The notes beneath the pieces are model-generated. The model had not been told where the DNA came from and ran no database searches. It saw nothing but the letters and a program-made list of their open reading frames with translations. The position numbers were made by a program, and so were the translations under genes. This document shows, one piece after another, positions 11,854 to 24,501 of a stretch of DNA of 64,000 bases. Positions within the stretch are counted from its first letter, which is position 1; each line of letters starts with the position of its first letter. Location: contig NC_043004.1 of the NCBI RefSeq assembly GCF_006345805.1, positions 73,966,001 through 74,030,000 of the forward strand, in the 5' to 3' direction. The stretch is from Octopus sinensis. Taxonomy: Eukaryota.

Positions 11854-12119
11854 TGATTTTGATCACCTTACTTTGAATTTGTATGGATAATACCGTACTA
11901 AATTCTGGTGCCTCAACTTAAGTACCATATTTATATAAATATATATATATATATATACTTTATTTAAAGCAGCAGAAAATTCAGTTGAATTTTCTGAAAG
12001 CATATTACTCTGCCACTGGTATTTGAGTACTCTTTTTTTCCATCTTGTTTCACATTTATGTGTTTACTCCGGTATATATATACATATATATATATACATA
12101 TATATATACATATATATAT

Positions 12120-12193
<74 letters not shown>

Positions 12194-12287
12194 ATTTTAT
12201 TCCGACCTAAAGAGGTTCCTCAGTTTAAGTACCTAATTCAACTGAATCTTACTTATATATATGTGTGTGTGTTTGTGTGTGTGTCTG

Positions 12288-12326
<39 letters not shown>

Positions 12327-12675
12327 TGTGTTTATATTCAGGCATAATTAAAACAATTTTACATTAATCTGATGGGTTATTCAATAATTTTGTACAGTAC
12401 AAATTTATTATTCTTAAACAAGAATACTATTGACAGTGACTTCGAAGTTTCGGCTAGCTAAGCCAACGTTAGACTGCCTGCACATATGTGCGCGCTTATT
12501 TATTTAGAGAGAGAAAGAGAGAGAGAGAGAAATATTATACGCGCTGTTAAGTGTGACATGCAACCAACGTTCAAAATAGATTATTTTATTTTTATTTTTT
12601 ATTTTATCTAGTTTCAGCTCACGAGCTGTGGCCATGCTGGGGCACCGCCATTTGTTGCTACTACGTAATTTTACT

Positions 12676-15600
12676 TCACGAATGCTTTTTAGCAATTGAC
12701 ATTTGGTGCATGAGAGAGTTCGATGCAGCTGCCCTCATCTGCACCTCCTGCCGTGAAGTTGGTTCATCTGGGACACCTGACAGGAAAAGATCCAGTTTTA
12801 ATTTAAAGACATCTGCATCCACCCCATGCAGGTCTCTCAGGTTCTCCGGGAGGATATTGAAGAGCTGTGGGCCTCTGAAGCCCAGGCTATCACAGTATCT
12901 TGTCCTACATCTTGATGCCAAATTTGGAGTCCTTGGCACTATGCAGTGGCGCCCAGTTCTAGCATTTGTGCAACTCTCGATGCCAAAGTTTGGGACAAGT
13001 TCCTCCAGGATCTTCCAGATGTATATTATGGCATATCTTTCTCGCCTACGCTCTAAGGAATAGAGTCTTAATCTCTTGAGTCTTTCCCAGTAGCTTATAT
13101 GCTGCACAGAGGCTATCTTCTTCGTGTAGCTTCGTTGGATCGCCTCAAGTTCTGTGATTAACTTGACACTGGATGGTGACCATAACTGAGAGCAATAGTC
13201 AAAGTGGCTTAGGATAAGTGTCCTCCAGAGGACCATCATAGTTTCCTGGTCTCTTGTTCTAAAGGTTCTAAGAATCCATCCGGTCAGCCGCCTACATTTC
13301 ATTGCCAATTTAGCAACATGCACATGAAAGGTTGCATCATCACTCATGTAAATACCCAGGTCTCGCACTGATTGAGCCTCTGGGATTGCAATCCCTCCAG
13401 GTCCAGTGTATTTATCGGGTATTGCATTTAGTTTTGCATGCTGAAAGCATAAAGCTTGAAACTTTTCAGCATTGAACTGCATGCTATTCTTTTCAGCCCA
13501 CTTGTATACTTTGTCCAGCTCACATTGCAGGTGCATAGTGTCTTCAGGGTTCTGGATTGCCTGTGAAACTTTTGAATCATCTGTATAACTTCTGATCGTG
13601 GCTCTCTGCGTGGCTGAGGGCATGTCTGAGAGGGCCATTATGAACAGTAGTGGTCCCAAAACAGTGCCTTGCGGAACACCGCTCACTATTTGCGTGTTAT
13701 TGGAGGTGGCCCCATTGGCTACTACCACCTGACTTCTATCCTTCAGAAAGTCATGAAGCCATTCTCCCAATTTTCCAACTATGCCAAGATCACGCAGTCT
13801 GTGACATATCATTCCATGGTCGACTTTATCAAAGGCCTTTGCAAAGTCGAGATATATATGACTTCCACATTTGAGTGGTTGAGCAGTCGTTTCAGCACTA
13901 GTCATAGTGTTGTAGGAGCTGAGTTAAGCAGCTTCTTCCTGGTCGGAAACCATGTTGAGTGTCAGGTAGCAAGTCATTTTCCTCAAGGAAGGTGATTAGT
14001 TTCCTTGCTGATGTGTGAGGTCAGAGAGATAGGTCTGTAGTTCTTGGCCTCCGCTCTGCTACCTCCTTTATGAATAGGGCATATTTTACCTTCCTTCAGT
14101 TTTCTTGGAAGTTTGCCAGTTGCAAGGAAGCTCTGAAAGAGGAACTGCAGTGGTCTTGCTAGGACTCGCTTACATACTTTTTGAAGGATTGCTGGGAATC
14201 CATCGGGGCCAGTAGCTAAATTTGTTTTCATTTCATCTATAGCCTTTATTACATCGTCTTCCTTTATATTGATGTAATCAATCATCGCTGCCTCTGATTT
14301 TATATCTGCAGTGGATTGCTGACTTGAAAATGCCCTAGGGGTGGAGTGAAAATACTCTTGAATTGCTCATTTAGTATTTCACTTATCCTCATTGGATTTC
14401 CGTAGCTGTTTCTTTGGCATACCTGTAGAAAGCTCTGGGGTTAGATTTTATGTTGTCTATAGCCCAGGCTTCTTTGTCTGCTCTTTCTTTTTCATGGGAG
14501 AGTTGCAGACATTTTTCAATTTCCAACAGTTTTATTTTCAGGCGGGACTTTTCACTGCTTTCAATTTGTTTGTTTAGGCGATTTGAAACTTTTGTACGCC
14601 GTCTCATTAGAATTTTCCTCTCTCTGGGGATTTTGTTCATGCGTACAGTGGCCTTTCTGGGACACATTTGTAGCATATGGCTTGCATTACAGACATGAAT
14701 TGTTGAAGTTTCATGTCGATGTCTGGTGAGGAGAGACATTCAGGCCAGTTTTGTTTGAGGATCTCTTTCTCAATTTGTTTCCAGTTTGCTTTATGGAAGT
14801 TCAAGCTGGAAAGATTCTAAGAGTCTCTTGTAGGCTGCATGTCCGTGCTTTCCTTTGGCGCGTACATGGTCAGCTCTACCATGTTGTGATCCGAGAGTAG
14901 TGTCGGTGTCACTTTCACATTATGGATGAGATCCATATTATTTGTGAAGCAGAGATCCTGTATGTTACCTGCCCTGGTTGGTTGGAGTATTACTTGCTCC
15001 ATGTACAGAGTGTTGATGAGGTTCAGGAGGGACCTCGCCTGTCCTCGTTCACATCTTGTCATTCCTGGGAGAGAAAGGCCCTCGGGCCATCTGACATTCG
15101 GTAGATTGAAGTCTCCCATAAGAAGTACACTTATGTGTTGTTCTAATGTGACTAGAACTTCTATTTTTATAAGGCAGTCTTCAAACTAGCCTACATGGCT
15201 TGGGGCATCTGGAGGGCGATATGTAGCACATATAACTACACCAAGTTGCCTTATATGTACAATTAGTGTGTCACACACCGAATTTGAGCATGACAAAAGG
15301 ACCTGGGGTGTGAGGCCCTCGCGGATGTACATAGCAACTCATCTATGACTCCTTTCTTTTCTGTCGGTCCGTAGTACAACATACTGTGGTATGTGTATTT
15401 CCGCATCTGCTATGTCCGGTTTCAGGTGTGTTTCCGTAAGTGCTATGCATAAGGCTTGATTACATGCAACAAAGTCTCTCAAGAACGGGATTTTTGTCCT
15501 GTTACTGAGTGTTAGCAGTCCTCTGATGTTCAGCAGGAGCATCGAGGTGATGTATATGCTGTTGCTGGTGGTGTCCACCTTGGGTCTATTTGCTGTGGCG

Positions 15601-15686
15601 GTCTTGTGTATTGCGGATAGTCCCATCTGCGAGTTTGAGTTTGATGGAGCCAGGTTAGCTGCTGTACAATCTTTTGTGCCATGCAC
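12676..15686 (-). pseudogene. LINE ORF2: apurinic-like endonuclease + reverse transcriptase, broken by frameshifts and stops
   Basis: APE motifs: LLNIRGL, LTETHL, YRPP, GDFNLP, PTR..N.QDL, SDHNMV. RT motifs: ATGPDGFPA, NYRPISLTS, YLDFAKAFDKVDH, GVPQGTVLGPLLF, YTDD (YADD), SLERRRER. Pieces are 15339-15686, 14817-15119, 14389-14739, 13983-14285 and 12676-13905. Confidence 0.92.
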
Positions 15687-16480
15687 AAAAAAGATTCTTG
15701 TTCAGCAGCTGCCCTTTCAATAACATGTTGGCGGTTTGTAGCACGCACCACATCTGCGTACCTCCGTTTTGGGGCAGGTCGTGCGTGGTCCATTCCTTTT
15801 CCTTTTGGTAGTTGGTTTCTGACCTGTTTCATGTTTATGTGGCAGGGTCTTTGATGTGCAAAACGGCAGCCTGCACCTTCCTCTCCATGCCAGCAGACAC
15901 CTTTCAGGTATAATTTACACATTCGTGTGCGCTGTCTCTTTCTATCCCTTTTGGTACATGGATAGTCAGGTTTGCATCTATCCTTGGCTGTTTCATCTTT
16001 TGGTTTTGTTTGAGTTTTAGATTTTCCTTCTTTGGCTGTTTCATCATTTGTTTTTCTTTTAGTTTTTCCTCCTTTTACTTCTTTTTTGGCTCTTTTATCT
16101 CCATGGTTTTGGCTTTTGGTGCTGGTAGGAGCACTTGCACTTGGGTTTACTTCCCGGGCAGGTTTCTCACTTGAATCTTCTTTGTTGTTGTCCTGGGTGT
16201 CTACCAAGTGGGGGTGACATCTTTCATCAGCACCCGTGCCTCCATCCTTGCCATCTTTACTTTGTTCGTTGTCAAAGATGGCATCAAGCGTGCCAATGTG
16301 AGATCTTATGAGTGCATAGGAACGTATAAACTCCTGCTTCTTTCGCTCTATCTGTGCTATCGTCCTTGTATATTCACTGCTCTTCAGCGCAGCTGTAATT
16401 ATGTTGTTCAGATTATCTCCGTCGGCGCATCACCAGGCTTTCTGGAACAACGCCAATTCGTTACTTCTCCAGGTTCTGGA
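15530..16480 (-). pseudogene. LINE ORF1 with a CCCH-type zinc-finger-like motif
   Basis: The ORF-track piece 15530-16207 contains CKLYLKGVCWHGEEGAGCRFAH. The same frame stays open upstream to a TGA at 16430-16432 and reopens to ~16490. Confidence 0.65.
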
Positions 16481-16559
16481 TATTTTGGATATTTTATTTA
16501 TTTATCTATCTAATTATATTTAAAATTTAATAGTGCGATAGAGGGTAGAGAAGAAATAG

Positions 16560-17060
16560 AGAAAGAAAGTGTCTATGTATTTAGAGAGATTGAGAGCTGA
16601 GAGAAGATAAGAAGAGAGTAAGAGAAGAAAGTTCGCGTCTATATATTTAGAAAAATTGAGAGGCTGAGAGAGGAAAGATGGTGTGACAGAGAGAAGTGGA
16701 GAAGTGAAGAGATAGAGAGAGAAAGAAATGAAAGAGAGGAGGTTATGCAAAAGATTGAGCGGCTGAGAGAAGATAAGAAGAGAGTGAGAGAGAGTCTATA
16801 TATTTAGGAAGATTGAGAGGCTGAGAGAAGAAAGATGGTGTGATAGAGAAAGAGATGAAAGAGAGGAAGTGATGCAAAAGATTGAGCGGCTGAGAGAAGA
16901 CAAGAAGAAAGTGAGAGTGTATAAATTTAAGAAGATTGAGCGGCTGAGAGAAGAAAGATGGTGTGATAGAGAGAAGTGAAGAGACAGAGAGAGAAAGAAA
17001 AGAAAGAGAGGAGGTTACGAAGCTGAAACAGAAATTGAAAGACTATTAACAGAATGTAAA
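16560..17060 (+). repeat. Degenerate GA-rich tandem repeat with coding-like KIERLRE units
   Basis: Recurrent AAGATTGAG(C/A)GGCTGAGAGAAG and AAAGATGGTGTGA motifs. Confidence 0.65.
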
Positions 17061-17202
17061 TTATAAATATATACCTGTCCGTAGCTACAAACGTTTTCTT
17101 CTAAACTAATTGCGACTACACTTCTAATGTTCGCGTCTATATATTTAGGGAGATTGAGGGGCTGAGTAAATATATAAATATATATATATTATTATTATAT
17201 AT

Positions 17203-17265
<63 letters not shown>

Positions 17266-17267
17266 TA

Positions 17268-17298
<31 letters not shown>

Positions 17299-17631
17299 AT
17301 TAATAGTAATTTTTATTGACTTTTATAGCTTTATAATTTTATGAACTGAACCATGGTTTTAATTATTATTTTTCATCTCCCTATGTGTTAGTTTTTTAAA
17401 ACTATTAGCCAAATATGTATAATAACTGTGCTTATTAATATTAATATATACACTGATATATATTTTGTTTTATTTTGTTTTGTTTACCTTGCATTATTGT
17501 ACCAATGAGTATTATATTATATAAGCGTAGCATTATGAAATTTATGCATAAGTTTTTATATTTTACATTTTTATATTTTTATATTTATATGTATATGAAA
17601 AAATAATTTTTTTCACAATTATAACAAATTT

Positions 17632-17747
17632 AATTCTCTGAAGAGGCCGTGGGGCATCCTTGTTAATGCCTCATTTATACCTGCCTTTATGGCTTATAGG
17701 TTAAATGAGGTATGACTGCCCTCGCTGCCGAAACAGCTGTCAGATTT
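17632..17747 (+). ncRNA. Type I hammerhead ribozyme with canonical core and ~80-nt insertion in stem II
   Basis: UCU CUGAAGA(17638-44) GGC...GCC GAA ACAGCUGU C(17741) AGA. All core nucleotides are canonical, the triplet is GUC, and stem III is palindromic. Confidence 0.8.
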
Positions 17748-17938
17748 GATTTAATTACATATTATATTTGAAATTTTATACTTATATCTCTTTGTCTATT
17801 TACATTTACTGTACATTTACTGTATATTTTGTATAATGTCTTTACTGATATGTAATGGTGTAATAAAGTATTGATTGGGTATCATCTGATAGTTGATGTT
17901 TTATTGATTTAAGTATGTTTCTCCATTTTCTAATTTTG

Positions 17939-17986
<48 letters not shown>

Positions 17987-18639
17987 TATATAAATATAAA
18001 TAAAGCAACAAATAAATATATGCCCATCTCAAATTGAATAATTTTAAAGCGATGTATTGAGAAACGGAGCTGAAGCAGAGATCGAAAGATTATAAACAGA
18101 ATGTAAACAGAGAATAGGTCCTTACATTGAATTACGGGAAATTAAACAAATGAAAAGGAGTACTTATCTTATAAGAGGTAGAAGTCCCAAAATCGTCTCC
18201 CTATACAAAGAAGTTTTCTTTCAAAAAAAGAAAAGAAAAACGGGTCTTTTTGCTTGGGAATAAACTTAAGAGATGTCACCACGTGCTTTCCTTTCGACAG
18301 GAAATCTGGCGTGCGTAATTATCTTTAGTGTATTATATTTGGCTTGAAGCGAAATATATTACGGTTTTTAACTAATATATCCTAGTAGATCGCTATGAGA
18401 TAGCAAGTTCTACATTTTTTATCAGTTTTAGCAGATTATTTCGTCGATTTATGCAAACCTTTTTGTTTTTATCATAGAGCAAAGCAAACACGTCTTTCCC
18501 CTTGCAGAACACTTAAGAAGTGCTTTAACAAAATTATGTTTCGTCGGTAGTTATGTAATTCTGATGGTAATTTACGAAACACGTAAATGTTTTTAGCAGC
18601 GTTGAATACACATCTGTTTTTCTGTAAATTATTGATACA

Positions 18640-18703
<64 letters not shown>

Positions 18704-19657
18704 AAGGCGGCGAGCTGGCAGAAACGTTAGCACGCCGGGCGAAATACGTAGCCGTATTTCGTCTGCCGTTACGTTCTGAGTTCAAATTCCGCCGAGGTTG
18801 ACTTTACCTTTCATTCTTTCGGAGTCGATAAATTAAGTACCAGTTACGCACTGGGGTCCATGTAATCGACTTAATCCGTTTGTCTGTCCTTGTTTGTCCT
18901 CTCTATGTTTAGCCCCTTGTGGGTAGTGAAGAAATAGGTATTTCGTCTGCCGCTACGTTTTAAGTTCAAATTCCGCCGATGTCGACTTTGCCTTTCATCC
19001 TTTCGGGATCGATTAAATAGGTCCCAGTTACACACTGGGATCGATATAATCGACTTAATCCGTTTGTCTGCCCTTGTTTGTCCTCTCAGTGTTTAGTTCC
19101 TTGTGGATAGTAAAAAAGTAGCTATTTCGTCTGCCGCTACGTTCTGAGTTCAAATTCCGCAGAGGTCGACTTTGCCTTTCATCCTTTCGGGATCGATTAA
19201 ATAGGTCCCAGTTACACACTGGGATCGATATAATCGACTTAATCCGTTTGTCTGCCCTTGTTTGTCCTCTCAGTGTTTAGTTCCTTGTGGATAGTAAAAA
19301 AGTAGCTATTTCGTCTGCCGCTACGTTCTGAGTTCAAATTCCGCAGAGGTCGACTTTGCCTTTCATCCTTTCGGGATCGATTAAATAGGTCCCAGTTACA
19401 CACTGGGATCGATATAATCGACTTAATCCGTTTGTCTGCCCTTGTTTGTCCTCTCAGTGTTTAGTTCCTTGTGGATAGTAAAAAAGTAGCTATTTCGTCT
19501 GCCGCTACGTTCTGAGTTCAAATTCCGCAGAGGTCGACTTTGCCTTTCATCCTTTCGAGGTCGATAAATTAAGTACCAGTTGCGTACTGGTGTCATTTTA
19601 ATCGGCTGGCCCCCTCCCTCAAAATTTCGGGTTTTGTGCCTAGAGTAGAAAAGAATA
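18704..19657 (+). mobile_element. SINE family C with the body amplified as five 184-bp tandem units
   Basis: TATTTCGTCTGCCG occurs at 18755, 18939, 19123, 19307 and 19491. There is a single head AAGGCGGCGAGCTGGCAGAAAC and a single tail GAGTAGAAAAGAATA. Confidence 0.9.
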
Positions 19658-22600
19658 AAGGGGTACTTAAAATTATTTAAAAGGTCCCGTCCCAATATAG
19701 TCCCATACCTACTCTACTCGTTCTCGGTTTATGTGATTTTCTGACTTTCGATGTGAACGAGTTTATGTGTGTATGTGCGCGAGCGCGTGTATCTGTACTG
19801 TTTGAGTTCTAATATGTTTGCGTTGTTTATCCGTATTTCAGTTTATTAGTTCGTTATTTCACTTGTGAATATATCACCACGACACATTGCTCTACGTACG
19901 CAGGATTATTATTGTACGATCAGTAAGTGCGTGTGGGAGCAAACAGTGAGTAGTTTCAGTAGCATGTTAGATAGCATTACAAATACAAATATCTTAAAGA
20001 AATGTTAGCTCAAACTTGGAAAATACTTTAGCGCTGAAATAGACAGGTTTGAGTTTTATGACTATATCTTGTATCTTTCAATACTTCTGCAAAGTCAGCT
20101 AAACATTCAGAATCTGAAGACTTGAAAATTCTTAAGTAGGTTTTCAATACGAGGATGAAAATGTTCTTCCAAATTTGAAATTAACTTTTCAGATAATGCT
20201 TTCCAAAGCAATTCTAGTTGCTAGCTCATTGCGATCTTTTCACAAGTTGACATTGATTTAATGATATCTGAGAGCTGGTCGACTTTAGCCTTTCATAGTA
20301 TTCGACGTCAGATAGCACAATTTTATTCACGTTATTGATGCGAAAGTAAACATTGGCGAAAGTAAACATACAGTTTTTAATTGGAGTTTAAAATTATTCC
20401 TAAAAACAAAACAAAAAAAATACAAGAAATTTCGTGAAAACAATTATAACTGTCTCATAATTAGAATGATCTTATTTGTATAAATTTTGGTTTAGCTTTG
20501 TATTGTATTTTCCTTGGAAATATGTTTGATATTTGTCTTGAGAAAAGATTGTTTTCTTATATGTAATTCATATTGTTTTATTTGTCAGAAAATAAACTTT
20601 TAAAAGTATATTACAAATAGTATTCCGAATTTATGCCACAAGAGAAATTTGCGAGAATTGTAAAGAACTGGCTTTATGGGCACCAAGTATTGATTTGTCT
20701 GAGGTGCAATGAAGTCTAGTTAAATCACTGACTGAGTATATCCATGTTTATTTAGGATATCGACGTGCTGTGCGTGAGTGTGAGTGAGTGGAGTGTTACA
20801 ATTGCTCTCTTGCTTTCCCTTCGCCAACTCTCTTGCTTTCCCTTTCCCTCTATATCACTCTTCGTTCCCTCGCCCTTCTCTCCTCACTCTCCTTTTCTTT
20901 TATTTTCTTCATTTCTTCGCCGCCTCACCCTCACTCTAGCCCTCCTCTTTCTTTCTTTACTTTTCTTTACACATTTTACATTTTAAACAAGTGGAACGTT
21001 AGAAGTTTCTCGAAAAAAAAACCAACTTGATATTTCATTTTAACATTGACGAAGGCGTAGGGCGTGATGAAGGGGCATGGGGAAGAGACGGAGGATAAAG
21101 GAAGATCAAAAAGTGGTGGCGGTAGCGGTGGCGGTAGCGGTGGCGGTAGCGGTGGCGGTGGTGGTGGTGGTTGTGGTGGTGGCAGTGGCAGTTGCTTTTC
21201 TGTCTTTTTCAATACCAACCAAACAACATCATTTGTTATAGGAGATTGTCAATAAAAAGTTCGGTGGAGGTGTTGGCGTGGTGTGGTGTGGTATGGTGTG
21301 GTGGAGGTGTTGGTGTGGTGTGGTGTGGTATGGTGTGGTGGAGGTGGTGGTGGTGTGTGTGTGTGATGTGGCGAAAATGTAGTTTATCGTTATGTTCCAA
21401 AGTGTGAAGTGTGGTAACGTTGGCATTAATGTAGGAAGTTGTGCTCTGGCTCTACCACCGTATTGTTATGAGGTGCCAAGTGTGTTGTACGCCTATATTG
21501 TGTGGAATTTATTGTATGGAGAGATGTGGCATAGTATAGCGTGGTAACTTGTAGTATTGTGTGTTTGGAGTGTCCTATGTGTGGTGTTTCTGGTGAACTG
21601 TGTTGTGATACTGTGTGTCATAACATTAGGAGTCTTTGGGGGTAGTGCTTTTGGTATAATATGATTTCTTGTTTGTGAAGTTGTCCGTGGTAGTGTTGCG
21701 TGTATCGTGAGTGGTATTTGTCTTGCGGCGTGATGTGTGTGTTGTCGTGTGTGGTGTATGGTGTGTTGTGATACGGCCTCATTTGTGTGCATACAGCTGC
21801 TCACTTGTGATAAAGAGTTCAATCAGTTCCAGGCTTCGTACACATTACTCTGTAAGGAGCATAGACCTGATATAGGATCCTATACCCATGGCTATAGAGG
21901 TGAAAATTATAACTGATTAGCAAAATATGTTACATTTCTTGGTCAGAAAGGTAACTACTAGTTTCGAAATCAAAAACATAGGATATATTTTCGGCTTTCG
22001 TCAGGCTACATATTCATATCCGATCAGAAGTTTTTCTAGAATAACCTTTACTCCTATCCACAACTCTCTTCAAACATGCACACAGGAGACAGAAAATATT
22101 TTGGCTAAAAGATTTTTTTTTGACAACGAATAAGGGAGAAGAAAAGTACTTAAAAATATGAAAATATAAAAGCTATGTTGAGTTAAATGTTTGTTGAAGA
22201 CAAAGTTCCTTAAGAAAAGATTAAATCCTTTTTGGATCATAAAGGGCCCATAGGGAGGAGTTCAGCATCTAAGTATGAATTTTTTCTCATGTATGCAGAG
22301 GCCAAATATCTCCGCAGAGGCCAAATATGGCGGTATAAACTTGGTTTTCACAACTATTTTTGAATTCTGCTCTTTTCTACACTATAGATCCTACTTCCCT
22401 TTGCCTAATTTATGTATGGCATTGCTTTTTCCTTTTTTTGTTAAATTTATTTTTTGTGTTTTTTTCTTTTGTGTGAACTTCAAGCTTATGTCAAACGCAG
22501 TGCCATTTACTTTTAAATATCGGATGCAGCTTGCTAGCTTTGTATTATTCTGTTTCTGCTAACCTTGTGTCAAAGTTTGAAATCAATATTTCATCAGAAA

Positions 22601-23239
22601 AGTTACTTTTATGCATATAATTTGGCTAATGTTAGAGGTGCAACTATAAATGATTTTTACTACATATCTATTGAACAACAGTCTGAATTTGATTTGCGTT
22701 TCTGTTTATTAAACAGAACATTTTAACCCAGATTAGACCTACAGTTAAGTCAGAGAGGGATCATAAGCAAAATTACCTTCTTGCGTCTTGCACTTCAGCG
22801 GTGCTCTGATTGGGATCATAGGTGCTATTATCTTTGAAACGACTGACGTTATTCTAGAAAAGTGCTGCCCTATCAAAAATCTCTGTACCTTTCGCAAAGT
22901 TTTTAAACACTAGGGGTGGGCCACAGGTTCCTAATTTAGCATACGTAAACATCAAATTTTGTTTCCTAAAAGCTTTAAAGAAGCAGTACTAAAGCATACA
23001 GTGGCATCTATAAGGTTTACTGTTCTAAGGTTTGTGTCTATCGTCATTTTCCTGCTGTGGAATCAGAAAGTCTCCTTAACCTTCCTGACGTGTGCACATG
23101 TGTTTGTTTGGAAATGGCTATAGTGGTGCTCCTATTCAGCGCATGCTCAGTGGAGATGAAACTTCTTTTTAAAACATCAATCTCAATGGACTATTCACCT
23201 TTGTTGTTTTAACATCATGTAATATATTTTCTGAAACAA

Positions 23240-23357
<118 letters not shown>

Positions 23358-23835
23358 TTGATTTGTTTACATATTTCTCGATAAATTTGAGCGCTAGACG
23401 ATATACCAGAAATCCCTAGTTTGTCGGGACGTTCGGAGTCTGCGCAGTGATCTGATTAGTTAGAGAGAGAAATCATTAGAAGCACATGCTTCTAGTGAGT
23501 TAGGATCTCAGAACAACAGGGCTCTTACTGATGAATTCTCCCTGAGCAAATAAATTATTTATTGCTGAAAAGAAAGAAACTGCAGTCTGAGAGTAACAGA
23601 GTTAGTAAATGTTTTATCTTCATTTCACTAAATTTATCTAGCTTCTGTGTTCCTAGCACATATTTCGCCTTAATGTACTGATATATGGAAAATATATGGC
23701 TTGTGTTAGAAATACAGCGATTATAATTATTTTTATTTTATCGCAATTTGATTTGTTTATATATATATATATATATATATAAATATATATATATATAGAG
23801 AGAGAGGGAGAGAGAGAAAGAGAGAGAGAGAGAGA

Positions 23836-24143
23836 AGGCGCGTGGCAATCGGCTTACGATCGTAAGGTCGCAAGTTCAATTCCCGGCAACGCGTTGCGTC
23901 CTTGAGCAAGACACTTTATTTCACGTTGCTCCAGTCCACACAAGTGGCAAAAATGAGTAGTACCTGTATTTTAAAAAGGCCAGCCTTGTCACACTCTGTG
24001 TTACGCTGAATGTCCCTAAGAACTACGTTAAGGGTATAAGTGTCTGTGGAGTGCTCAGTCACTTGCACGTTAGTTTCACGAGCAAACTGTCCCATTGATC
24101 GTATCAGCTGGGATCCTCGTCGTCGCAACCGACGGAGTGCTCC
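23836..24143 (+). mobile_element. SINE family B copy with a different 3' part
   Basis: Head AGGCGCGTGG...AAGTTCAATTCCCGG and body GTCCTTGAGCAAGACACTTTATTTCACGTTGCTCCAG. Confidence 0.7.
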
Positions 24144-24160
24144 TTTTATATATATATATA

Positions 24161-24369
24161 AAGACGGTGAGCTGGCAGAAACGTTAGCACACCGGGCGAA
24201 ATGCTTAGCAGTATTTCGTCTGTCTTTACGTTCTGAGTTGAAATACCGCCGAGGTCGACTTTGCCTTTCATCGATGAATTAAGTACCAGTTGCCTACTGG
24301 GGTCGATCTAATCGAATGGCCCCCCCTACCCAAATATTTCGGGTCTTGTGCCTGGAGTAGAAAAGAATA
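24161..24369 (+). mobile_element. SINE family C copy
   Basis: GGTGAGCTGGCAGAAACGTTAGCAC...GAGTAGAAAAGAATA. Confidence 0.85.
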
Positions 24370-24466
24370 TATATATATATATATAATAATAAAAAAAAAA
24401 ACAACAACGCGAGGACGTGGTACATACGAAATATTAATAAGACGCTCAGAGAAGGAAAGAAAGATT

Positions 24467-24501
24467 GTTTTACGTTTCGAGCAAAGCTCTTCTTCAGAAG
24501 C
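24467..24501 (-). ncRNA. Minimal type I hammerhead-like motif
   Basis: Minus strand: GCUU CUGAAGA A GAGC-uuu-GCUC GAA ACGU A AAAC. Stem I is weak (one mismatch). Confidence 0.55.

Larger units (their letters stand above)
12581..16500 (-). mobile_element. Near-full-length, inactivated CR1-like LINE (ORF1 + APE-RT ORF2 + short 3' UTR + A-rich tail)
   Basis: Consecutive minus-strand ORF pieces give ORF1, the endonuclease and the RT, followed by the 3' tail and an (AAAAT)n-like end at 12581-12606. Confidence 0.9.

Noticed and set aside
12710-16513. Plus-strand ORFs opposite the LINE (and minus-strand ORFs opposite the PLE at 31777-33355)
   Set aside because: They are antisense shadows of retroelement coding sequence.
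20765-21830. Gly/Pro-rich and His/Thr-rich ORFs
   Set aside because: These come from low-complexity (GGT/GGC)n and (GTGGT)n tracts.
22775-22853. Possible minus-strand exon (TTTTCTAG|AATAAC...CAAGAAG|GTAATT) in unique-looking sequence
   Set aside because: The splice-like signals are plausible, but the peptide is short and unrecognisable and no partner exons were found. RNA-seq is needed.
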